From NCBI GenBank assembly GCA_963752285.1, contig CAVVXN010000001.1, positions 544,001 to 608,000 on the forward strand: a stretch of 64,000 nt of DNA. The letters run 5' to 3'. The notes beneath the pieces were generated by a model, which had not been told where the DNA came from, ran no database searches, and worked only from the letters and a program-made list of their open reading frames with translations. Made by a program: the position numbers and the translations under genes. Position 1 is the first letter of the stretch, and each line of letters begins with the position of its first letter. The DNA comes from an uncultured Planctomycetota bacterium (GTDB lineage: Bacteria > Planctomycetota > PLA2 > JAEUHO01). Positions 9,010 through 18,200 of the stretch are shown piece after piece.

Positions 9010-9903
9010 ATGCTGCTCGCAGCCGACGTGGTGATCTTCCTGGCCGTGTTCCTCGTGGTCATGTCGGTGGGCAGGATCGCGGAGTTCCGCTACGACTACA
9101 CCCTCGTGGCCGACATCCTGGCGGAGCGCCGCCGGAAGGCCCTCGACGAGGCGCCGCTCCGCCGCCTCCTCGACCCGCTCGTCGTCGGGCTGTCCATCGT
9201 CGTGCGGCGCCTCGGGCTCGCGGGGCTCCGCGCCCGCGTGCAGCACGAGCTCATGCAGGCGGGGAACCCCTGGGGCTACCGGCCCGAGGAGTACATCGCG
9301 TGGTCGATGTCCCTCGCGCTCGTGGTCGGCGGGGGCGTCGCGGGAGCCCTTCTGGTCACGGGCCGCTTCAACGTGTTCTTTCCCCTGCTCGCCACGGCGA
9401 TCGTGTACCTGGCCACGATGCAGGGGCTCAAGTCGCGCGGCGACCGCCGCCGCGTCGAGCTCGAGCGCCAGCTTCCCTACTTCCTCGACCTGACGTCGCT
9501 CTCGATGGGCGCGGGCGCCACGTTCCTGCAGGCGTGCGAGTCGGCGATCCAGCGGCCCACGAAGGGCCCCCTCGAGGAAGAGGTCGAGCTCATGCTCCGC
9601 GAGATCCAGGCCGGCACGCCCATGGGGCAGGCGCTCCAGAACATGACGAAGCGCATCGAGAGCGCCGAGCTCGCCCAGATGATCCAGGCGGTGCACCAGG
9701 GCGAGGAGCTCGGCACGCCCCTCGTCCGGGTCTTCGAACAGCAGGCGGACCTGAACCGCTACCGGCGCAGCAAGCGGGGCGAGCAGATCGCCGCGAAGCT
9801 CCCGAACCGCCTCGCCGTGCCCACTGTGTTCCTCATGCTCGCCGTGTTCCTGCTGCTGTTCGGCCCGATCATCATCAAGGCGACGCGTGGAGGGCTGGCC
9901 TGA
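9010..9903 (+). CDS. tadC: TadC (T2SS F family) inner-membrane platform protein
   Basis: ERQLPYFLDL...ELGTPL...RRSKRGEQIAAK...FLLLFGP; strong RBS. Confidence 0.88.
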   Translation: MLLAADVVIFLAVFLVVMSVGRIAEFRYDYTLVADILAERRRKALDEAPLRRLLDPLVVGLSIVVRRLGLAGLRARVQHELMQAGNPWGYRPEEYIAWSMSLALVVGGGVAGALLVTGRFNVFFPLLATAIVYLATMQGLKSRGDRRRVELERQLPYFLDLTSLSMGAGATFLQACESAIQRPTKGPLEEEVELMLREIQAGTPMGQALQNMTKRIESAELAQMIQAVHQGEELGTPLVRVFEQQADLNRYRRSKRGEQIAAKLPNRLAVPTVFLMLAVFLLLFGPIIIKATRGGLA

Positions 9904-10889
9904 TGTCGAAGGTCAAGGACGCACAGGAGAACGCGCTCCACACGATGCTCCGCATCGAGGCGCCCCAGGGGCGCGTCTCGCTCGTGGACCTCATGGGGGA
10001 CTCGTATCTCGTCGGTCGAGGGGACCCCACCGGGGTCAGCCGCGTCGACTTCCAGATCCCCGAGGACGAGTTTCTGTCGCGCGTCCACGCCAAGATCGAG
10101 CGGGACGGGGAGGGTGGGTACCTCGTCGAGAACCTGAGCCCGAACGGCACCCTGGTGGACGGCGCGCTGATCAAGCGGCCGACGCTGCTCAAGGGCAAGA
10201 CGAAGATCGAGATCGGTCAGGGGACGACGCTCACCTTCCTCGTCGTGACGGCCGACGAGCGGAAGCGGCTGTTCGAGGAACAGTCGGGCGTCAAGGAGCG
10301 CCAGGCCGAGACCGGCGGCGGTCTCGAGGCGCCCGAGAAGAAGTCGTTCCTGCAGCGACCCGTCTTCCTCGGGCTCGTCGTGTTCTACGGGCTCCTCGCG
10401 GTCGTGGTGCTGTCGATGCTGGGCCAGAAGAAGGCCACGGTGCTCGACCCGGGCAAGGGCCCGTACTTCGGCGACTTGATGCACGGTCCCGTCTCGACGC
10501 AGCGTCCGGAGATCGACGCCGACGCGATCGCGGACACGATGTGGAAGGAAGCGCTGGCGAAGCACGGCGAGCCGGTCGTGGACGAGGGCGGTCACGCGTA
10601 CATGCTGGTGCTGGCCGCGCAACGCGTCGCGGGCGTGCTGGGCTATCCGACGCTCCAGGCCGCCCTCGACAAGCGCGAGGGGTTCGCGCAGAAAGCGAAG
10701 CTCGTGCTCGACGACCTCGAGAAGCGGGTCCAGGCCGACCACGAGCTCGGCCAGAAATTCATCGACGGGCGCCACTGGGCGCTCGCCTACGACGTGTACA
10801 AGCGGATGGCCGCCGCGGTCCCCGACAACCGCTCCAAGGTCCGGGAGTTCGCCCTGGACCGCGTGGAGAGGCTGGGGCCGATGCGCTGA
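9903..10889 (+). CDS. FHA-domain single-pass membrane protein
   Basis: TGATG overlap. LVGRG...LSRVHAKI...LSPNGTLVDG is a canonical FHA; one TM; helical, possibly TPR-like, C-terminus. Confidence 0.85.
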   Translation: MSKVKDAQENALHTMLRIEAPQGRVSLVDLMGDSYLVGRGDPTGVSRVDFQIPEDEFLSRVHAKIERDGEGGYLVENLSPNGTLVDGALIKRPTLLKGKTKIEIGQGTTLTFLVVTADERKRLFEEQSGVKERQAETGGGLEAPEKKSFLQRPVFLGLVVFYGLLAVVVLSMLGQKKATVLDPGKGPYFGDLMHGPVSTQRPEIDADAIADTMWKEALAKHGEPVVDEGGHAYMLVLAAQRVAGVLGYPTLQAALDKREGFAQKAKLVLDDLEKRVQADHELGQKFIDGRHWALAYDVYKRMAAAVPDNRSKVREFALDRVERLGPMR

Positions 10890-11030
10890 CCGTCGGGCGC
10901 TTGACAGGGACCGGCGGTTCGTGGTCAACGGAGGTTTCGCGCCGTCCTCGGGCCTCGGGGCCCGCGAGCGGGACGACGCGGGGGGCGCCCCGCCCGAGGG
11001 GGCGACCCAGGTCGATGGGAGAACGAAATC

Positions 11031-13904
11031 GTGGGGCAGACGTTCGACGCCGATCGCGATCTGACGGGCGAGGAGGTGGGGGGGCGGTACGTGCTCCTCG
11101 CGCGCATCTCCTCGAGCCCTCGCTCGTCGGTGTACCAGGCCCAGGACACCAAGCTCATGCGCCGCGTCGCCGTGCGCTTCCCGGGGCGCGAGGCGCTCGC
11201 GGCGGCGGGGTTCGCCGAGCGGTTCCAGCGGGTCGTCCGCTCGGTCTCGGACCTCCAGCACGACGGGCTCGTCGGCGTCGTGGACTTCGGCGAGCACGGC
11301 GAGCTCCCGTACGCCGTCGTCCACCACGTGGGGGGCGAGAGCCTGGCCCAGCGCCTCGGGGCGAGGCAGGCCCCCCAGAGCCCGGCCGAGGTCGTCGCGT
11401 GGATCCACCCGGTCGCCGCCGCGCTCGACTACGTGCACGAGAAGGGCGAGGCGCACGGTGCCGTGGGGCCGAGGACGGTCCTCCTCGACAAGCCGCCCTC
11501 CACGCGGGCCTACCTGGCCGATTTCACCGTCCGCCGGGCGCTCAGCGACCAGCGACCCGACCCGAAGGACGATCAGCGCGGGCTCGCCGCCGCGGCCCTG
11601 GCCGCCCTCACGGGGAAGGCGCCGCTGGCCCCGGGCCAGACCGCGCCGTCGCTCTCCGGCGTCGTCCCCGACGCCGCCGCCAAGGCCCTGGCCCGGGCCC
11701 TCGACCCGGACCGCGCGAAGCGGTTCGAGAGCGCGGGCGCCTTCGCGGCGGCGTTCAGCTCGGGTCTCGCCGCCACATCCGCCACGCCGAAGGGCGGCGC
11801 GCCGAAGGGCGGCGCCAAGGCCGCGGCCAAGGGGGCGCCGATGGCGACGGTGTCGGACTCCGACACCCTCGGCTTCGGCCGGCCGCGGCCGGCCGCGGCG
11901 GAGGCCCCCGCGCCCGCCCCCGCGGGCGACGGGGACCCGCACGCGACGCGCGGCATCGTCATGCGCGGGCGCAAGAAGAGCAGCATGCCGATGGTGCTCC
12001 TCCTCGTGGTGCTGGTCGTGGGGGCGATCGCGTTCGTCGCCGTCCAGAACGGGGGCAGCGGGAACCAGCAGAAGAAGGTGGACGACAACGTCGCCCCGAC
12101 GCTCAAGGTCGTCCAGCCGGTGGACGGCTTCCGCACGAACGCGCCCGACGCCACGGTCGCGGGCACCTGCGACGATCCGAAGGCCATCCTCACCGTGGAC
12201 GACGCGACGGTTCCCATTCAGCCGGACGGGACGTTCCGCACGGTCACTCGCATCCCCAAGGAGGGCGAGCAGACGATCCGCGTGAAGGCGACCGACCAGG
12301 CCGGGAACGCCACCCTCCAGACGGTGAGCGTCGTGCGCGACTCCAAGCCGCCGACGCTGACCATGCTCGGGCCCGACGCGAAGACCCTCATGACGCCCAC
12401 GACGGCGCCCACGATCACGGTCGAGGGCCAGGTCGGCGAGCCGGACGCCGAGGTCGAGGTCGCCGGCCAGAAGGTGACCGTGGACCCCGACGGCAAGTTC
12501 AAGGCCGAGGTCGAGATCCCCGACGACGGCGCGAACACGATCACGATCGTGGCGCGCGACGACCTGGGCAACGAGTCGAAACAGCAGGTGGTGGCCCATC
12601 GGCGGCTGGTCATCTGCTGCGACACGCTCGCCATCACCTCGCCGCTCGACGGGACGGCGACCCGGGAGTCGTCCATCGAGGTGACGGGGCTCATGGAGGA
12701 CCCGCGCGCGAGCGTGAAGGTGAACGGCCAGGCCGTGACCGTCGGACGCGACGGCGTGTTCCGGGGCACGGTGCCGCTCGAGGGGGAGGGCGAGCACGAG
12801 ATCGTCGTGGAGGCCTCCGACCCGAAGGGCCACCACGGGACCGCGCGCGTGCGCATCACCCGAGACCTGACCCCTCCCGTACTCCAGATCACCGAGCCGA
12901 AGTTCTGGGTCCGCAACGCGGATCGCGTCCTCGGGACGTCGTCGGGTCCGCTCAACCTGAGCGGGACGGTGGCGGACGGGACACGGTGCAGCCTGTACGT
13001 GAACGGGCTGCTCGGGAGCGTGACGGGGAAGACGTGGAACGCCACGATCAACCTCTCCGTCGGGGAGCAGCTCGTGAACATCTGGGCCGTGGACGCGGCG
13101 GGGAACCGCTCGGACCCCCTCGTGTTCAAGGTCACGATCCCGCGCGCCACCATCTCGGGTCTCACCTACAAGGGCGAGAACGAGAAGGGGTATCAGGAGT
13201 TCACGCTCGACAAGGACCCGACCGTCGTGCTCGTCCTCGTCCCCGAGGGCGGGTACGTGCGTGGCGGCATGATCGGCGACCCCGACGTGCAGCCCGACGA
13301 GATGCCCCAGCAGCGCATCATCATCGGGGCGTTCCTCGTCGCGAAGGGCGAGACGACGTGGTCCCAGTACCTCCGGTTCTGCAAGGACAGTGGCCACGCG
13401 CTCCCTCCGGGCGTGGAGGAGAAGGGTCTGCTCCTCGACCACCCCGTGAACCAAGTCACGTTCGACGACGCCATGGCCTACTGCAAGTGGGCCGGACTGC
13501 GACTCCCCACCGAGAGCGAATGGGAGCGGGCCGTCCGCTTCCGTTCCGAGGACACGATCTGGCCGTGGGGGTCCAAGTGGGACCCGAAGGCGGCGAACAT
13601 GGCCGGCATCCGCGGCAACACCACTTCCGTGTCCGCGTACCCCGCGACCGGCGACCTGCTCCTCCTCGACGCGGCGGGCAACGTGTCCGAGTGGTGCGCG
13701 GACTGGTACGCCGCGGACGCCTACAGCGAGATGCCCGTGAAGGATCCGCAGGGCCCGAAGAGCGGGACGAAGCGCGTCGTCCGCGGCGGGAGCTGGCGTG
13801 ACAAGTCGGAGCGCGGCCGCTGCTCGGACCGGGAGGGCGAAGATCCCTCGGCCCGTTCGAACTGGATCGGCTTCCGCGTGGCGGCGAGCGTGGGCGCGAA
13901 GTGA
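11031..13904 (+). CDS. Degenerate kinase-like domain + TM + Ig-like repeats + FGE-sulfatase (SUMF1) domain protein
   Basis: N-terminus follows PknB layout (GGRY...VYQAQDTKLMRRVAVR) with lost catalytic motifs. After the TM come about four beta-rich repeats (e.g. ATDQAGN, ARDDLGN, AVDAAGN). C-terminus has HPVNQV, RLPTESEWE, GNVSEW, RGGSW, GFRV. Confidence 0.85.
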   Translation: MGQTFDADRDLTGEEVGGRYVLLARISSSPRSSVYQAQDTKLMRRVAVRFPGREALAAAGFAERFQRVVRSVSDLQHDGLVGVVDFGEHGELPYAVVHHVGGESLAQRLGARQAPQSPAEVVAWIHPVAAALDYVHEKGEAHGAVGPRTVLLDKPPSTRAYLADFTVRRALSDQRPDPKDDQRGLAAAALAALTGKAPLAPGQTAPSLSGVVPDAAAKALARALDPDRAKRFESAGAFAAAFSSGLAATSATPKGGAPKGGAKAAAKGAPMATVSDSDTLGFGRPRPAAAEAPAPAPAGDGDPHATRGIVMRGRKKSSMPMVLLLVVLVVGAIAFVAVQNGGSGNQQKKVDDNVAPTLKVVQPVDGFRTNAPDATVAGTCDDPKAILTVDDATVPIQPDGTFRTVTRIPKEGEQTIRVKATDQAGNATLQTVSVVRDSKPPTLTMLGPDAKTLMTPTTAPTITVEGQVGEPDAEVEVAGQKVTVDPDGKFKAEVEIPDDGANTITIVARDDLGNESKQQVVAHRRLVICCDTLAITSPLDGTATRESSIEVTGLMEDPRASVKVNGQAVTVGRDGVFRGTVPLEGEGEHEIVVEASDPKGHHGTARVRITRDLTPPVLQITEPKFWVRNADRVLGTSSGPLNLSGTVADGTRCSLYVNGLLGSVTGKTWNATINLSVGEQLVNIWAVDAAGNRSDPLVFKVTIPRATISGLTYKGENEKGYQEFTLDKDPTVVLVLVPEGGYVRGGMIGDPDVQPDEMPQQRIIIGAFLVAKGETTWSQYLRFCKDSGHALPPGVEEKGLLLDHPVNQVTFDDAMAYCKWAGLRLPTESEWERAVRFRSEDTIWPWGSKWDPKAANMAGIRGNTTSVSAYPATGDLLLLDAAGNVSEWCADWYAADAYSEMPVKDPQGPKSGTKRVVRGGSWRDKSERGRCSDREGEDPSARSNWIGFRVAASVGAK

Positions 13905-13922
13905 GCGACCGGCGAGCGCCCT

Positions 13923-14561
13923 CTACTGCAGGAACTGCGACTCGAGCCCGCCCAGGTCGTCCACGTACCACGCGCTCGTCTGGTGGTAGTTCCGCACGTC
14001 GCTCGCGGGGATCCGCTGCTCGCTCCGCGCGCCGTTCGGGTCCTGGCGATACCAGACCACGTACGAGCCGTCGGACTGCCGGTCGGCCCCGAAGAGCGGG
14101 TCGCTCGTGAAGCCCCAGTAGGGCTCCGCCTGGCCGTTCACCGAGAGCTCCCACTTCGTCAGGCGCACCATCTGCAAGTTCGCGGACCGCGCGAGCGGGC
14201 CCCCGGAGGTGACGACCGTGGCCATCACGCGGTCGGGCCCCGTCGGCTGGGTCTGGCGCACGATCGCGGTCTGGAGGAGGTTCTCCGCCGCACGCACCCG
14301 CGGGTCGTTCCGGTAGGCCTGGCGGGCCGCGGTGTAGTCGGCGAGGTCGATCGTGCGGCCGGCCTGCTGGCCCAGGCGTCGCTTGAGGTCGGGGCTCAGG
14401 ATGTCCCACTCGCCCGCGGGGTCGCCCCGCCGCGCGAACTGCTTGAACATCTCCACCGTGCCGGCCGGAGTCTCGCGGCTGGGCGGGGCGGCCTGCCGCG
14501 GCGAGAAGCAACCCCCGAGCGCCAGAGCGCCGAGGAGCCCGAAGACGACGTGGACTCGCAC
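13923..14561 (-). CDS. Hypothetical lipoprotein
   Basis: GGAGG RBS then GTG; hydrophobic signal ending LALGGC (lipobox); convergent with the Tad region. Confidence 0.7.
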   Translation of the reverse strand: MRVHVVFGLLGALALGGCFSPRQAAPPSRETPAGTVEMFKQFARRGDPAGEWDILSPDLKRRLGQQAGRTIDLADYTAARQAYRNDPRVRAAENLLQTAIVRQTQPTGPDRVMATVVTSGGPLARSANLQMVRLTKWELSVNGQAEPYWGFTSDPLFGADRQSDGSYVVWYRQDPNGARSEQRIPASDVRNYHQTSAWYVDDLGGLESQFLQ

Positions 14562-14661
14562 GAGAAGCCTCCCGTCCCGCCCCGCAGGGGGGCTCACCAC
14601 AGCCTACCCACAGATCGCCACGGCCGACAGCGTGCCGGCGGGGGGGCCGAAGTGCCCGCCG

Positions 14662-15147
14662 TCAGTCGCCCTCGGCATCCTCCGGGGCGGCGCCTTGGCC
14701 CTCGCGCTCCGGGTGCGCTCCGCGGGGGAACGAGGCCTCGAGCCCCTGCGAGAGGGCCGCGCGGTCCGCGTCCGAGAGGCGGGCGTCGGGGTGGAGGAGC
14801 AGGTAGTTGGAGGGGGGCATGTCTCCCGACCTCACCTCCTCGGCGGCGTCGTCGGCGTGCCGCTGGGGCTGGTCGAATCGCGAGAAGTTGAGGTGGCGGC
14901 GCCCCTCCTCGACGTCGTCCGTCACCAGCCAGGAGACCGGTGCGACCCAGGCGTACCACGGCCATCTCGTCTCGTTGCTGTGGCAGTCGAAGCAGGCCTT
15001 CCGGGCGAGGGCCTCCGTCGCCGGCGCGTTCCACGGGGGCCCCTTGACCACGGGGGGGTTCTTCGAGGGGCGGCCGAGGGGCAGCGCCTGGATCAAGACG
15101 GCCACGACGGCCAGCCCGATGAAGGTCCATTTCGCAAGGCGGCGCAT
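14662..15147 (-). CDS. Haem-binding domain (Haem_bd-like) monohaem cytochrome c
   Basis: ACFDCHSNETRWPWY...HLNFS...MPP..Y...HP.ARLS signature; N-terminal TM; strong RBS. Confidence 0.85.
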   Translation of the reverse strand: MRRLAKWTFIGLAVVAVLIQALPLGRPSKNPPVVKGPPWNAPATEALARKACFDCHSNETRWPWYAWVAPVSWLVTDDVEEGRRHLNFSRFDQPQRHADDAAEEVRSGDMPPSNYLLLHPDARLSDADRAALSQGLEASFPRGAHPEREGQGAAPEDAEGD

Positions 15148-15218
15148 GTCGGTCTCCTCCCGTGACGGCGGCGAACGCGCCCGCCCGTAGAATCCGCGGC
15201 GGGAGGGTTTGGACCCCC

Positions 15219-18200
15219 GTGCCCCTCGACGCGTTCCTCGACCCGAGCTGCGGCTGCCTCGTCCTGGCGAACGACTCGGACGTCTACGATACGGTGCTCC
15301 GGCGCGCCGTCGAGACGGCGAGCCTCTCGGACGGCCGGTCGCTCGTCCCGGTCCGGGGCGATCCCGCCGACCCCGACTCCGTGTTCGCCGACGAGACCCT
15401 CCGCGCGCTCGAGTGGGGGGTGGCGATGATCGTGGACCTCGTCGGTACGGTTCCCGACGTCTTCCGACTCGTCCGGTGGCACGCCCGCGCCCGCACCCGG
15501 AGCGTCCTGCTGCTCCGACGGGGCCGGACCGCGCTCCCCTTCGAGGTCCACGAGCTCCCGGTCCGGCCGTACGAGCCCAGCGACCTCGAGGGACGGCCCG
15601 CCACCCGCACCCGCGTCGCGACGTGGGCGAGCGCCGCGGCCGCAGCCCGCGCCGACGAGGGCCCTGCGAACGTCCGGCTCACGCGGCTCCGCGACGCGCT
15701 CGCGGTCCGGCGCCGTCGCGAGCAGAACGGCGTGTACGACGCTCTCGTCCTCGCCGACCGCGACGTGCTCGAGGGGAACGCGCCCGGCGCGCTCCGTGCG
15801 ATGGACCACGCGCTGGCCGCCGAGCCGACGGCGCCCGACCTGCTGCTGAGGACCGCGCTGCTCCTGCGCGAAGGCGCGCGCTACCCCGAGGCGGCGGAGC
15901 TCCTGGAGCGCGCCGTCCGCTCGGCGCCGGCGCGCGCCGCGTGCTGGCGGGAGCTCGGGATCGCGCGCGACCGCGCCGGCCTCCCCGGTGCCGAGGACGC
16001 GCTGCGCCGCGCGGTCGCGATCACGGAGGACTACGAGGCGCTCGTGTCCCTCGCGCTGCTTTGCGCGCGGAATGAGACGTCGGACGACGAGCCCGCGCGC
16101 CTCCTCGAGCGCGCCATCGACGTCGCCGAGGGCCAGCTGAACCTCGTTCTGCCCGCGCTCGTGCACCGCGCGGGCCGCGAGGGGCGCATCCGGCTGACGA
16201 ACCCCGAGCGAGAGCGCGTGCTCCGGGTGCTCGAGATCCGCGCCGGACAGGCGCTCGGGGACCCCGCCGAGGACGCACCCTGGAGCCACTTCGACGCGGC
16301 CCGCGCGCACCTCCTCCTGGGCGATGGCGCGGCCGCGCTCGCGGTCGTGAGCGCGGCGCGACCCCACCTGCACGCCGCCTGGAACGCCGACACCTTCGCC
16401 CGCAGCCTGGACGCGCTCGAGCGCGCGGGCGCCGGGGTCGGGCCGCTCCGTGAGGTCCTGGGCCTCCGCGCGCGCACCGTCCGGACCGTCGGGCCGGTCG
16501 TGCCCGTCCCGCCCCGCTTCACCGTGGCGGCGCGTCCGCCGGCGTGGTTCGCCGAGAACGTCCCGTGCATGGCGGCGTGCCCGGTCGGGACCGACGCCGG
16601 GGCGTACGTGCACCACCTCGCGGAGGGGCGCTACGCGGAGGCGTTCCACGCCGCGCGCGCGCCCAACCCCTTCGCCTCCGTGTGCGCGCGCGTGTGCGCC
16701 GCGCCGTGCGAGGACGCGTGCCGGCGCGGGCGCGTGGACGAGCCGGTGGCGATCCGGCCGCTCAAGCGGTTCCTGACCGAACGCTTCGGGGCCGAGAGCC
16801 CCGACAACCGCGTCGGACAGGTGCTGGCCGCGGACCGGGCGCCGTGCATCGAGGGCGAGGCGTACGGCAGTCACCTGAGGAAGATGGGGGGCCCCGCGCC
16901 GGGGACCGGACCGAAGGTCGTGATCGTCGGCGGCGGGCCCGCCGGGCTCGCGTGCGCGCACGACCTCGCGCTGCTCGGCTACCGGCCGACGGTGTTCGAG
17001 GCCTCGAACGCGCTCGGCGGGATGATCCGCCACGGGATCCCGGTGTACCGCTTGCCGCGCGAGCTCATCGACCGCGAGATCGACGAGATCCTCCGCCTGG
17101 GCGTCGAGGTCCGTCTCGAGTGCGCCCTCGGCCGCGACCGCACGCTCGAGAGCCTCCTCGCGTCCGAGTACGAGGCCGCGTTCCTCGCCTCCGGCGCGGG
17201 TCGGGGGCGATTCCTCGACGTGGAGGGCGCGGACCTCGACGGCGTCGTTCGCGCGATCGAGTACCTGATCAACGTGAACCGCGGCTACAAGGTCGAGCTC
17301 GGCCAGCGGGTCGTGGTGGTCGGCGGCGGGAACGTCGCGCTGGACGTCGCGCGCACGGCGCGCCGCGGACGCCCGCCGGCGGACGCCGGCGCCGGGCGCT
17401 CGCTCACGGATCTCGGCGGCGCGCTGCCCACGCGCTTCCTCCGGTCCGCCTTCCGCGGCGACGAACGCGAGGTCCACGTCGTCGCACGCCAGCCCATGGG
17501 CGGGTGGCCCGCGGAGCGGAGCGTGCACGGCGCCGAGGAGCTCATGGAGGCGCGTCGCGAGGGCGTCGTCTTCCATCCCCTGCGCGGTGTGCGCCGCATC
17601 CGGGGCGAAGACGGGCGCGTGGCGGGCGTCGAGCTCGCCGAGGTCGTGCAGATCCGCGACGCGTCCGGGCGGTACGCGCCGTCCTACGGCGCCCACGCCG
17701 CCGAGTCGATCGCCTGCGACACGGTGGTCCTCGCGGTCGGGCAGGAGCCGGAGCTCGACTACCTCGAGGGAACGCGCTCGCTCGCGCGCACGAAGGACGG
17801 GCTCGTCGAGGTGGACCGCGCGACGCTCGCGACGAGCCTGCCCGGCGTGTTCGCGGGCGGGGACGCCGCGTTCGGGCCGCGAACCCTGATCGAGGCCGTG
17901 GCCGACGGCAAGCGTGCGGCGCGCGGGATCCACGCCTTCCTCCGCTCGGCCGCCAGCGCCGGGCCGCCGGCGCGGCACGTCCGCTTCACGGAGGTCCCGC
18001 CGCGGGCGGTCCCCACCGAGGCGGGGTACGACGCGATCGAGCGCGTCGCGCCCCCGTCCTCGGGCCTCGACCGCCGGACGGGCATCGCGGAGGTGGAGTC
18101 GGGGTACGACGAGGCGGAGGCGAGGCGGCAGGCGGCCCGGTGCCTCGTCTGCCACGTACAGACCGTGTACGACGGCTCGCGGTGCATCGCCTGCGGCCGG

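Noticed and set aside
9759..13801. Very long alternative-frame and antisense ORFs (e.g. 9759..13454 -, 9887..13801 +; similar ones across the window)
   Set aside because: They are R/G/A/P-rich or mirror-frame translations over well-supported genes, expected from stop-codon scarcity at this GC content.
13150..13904. FGE/CLec domain as a diversity-generating retroelement target
   Set aside because: No reverse transcriptase and no template-repeat copy of the 3' end is visible in the window.
13150..13904. True formylglycine-generating enzyme serving the sulfatase at 30687
   Set aside because: It lacks the catalytic Cys pair after RGGSW, and the sulfatase-like protein has no CxPxR substrate motif.
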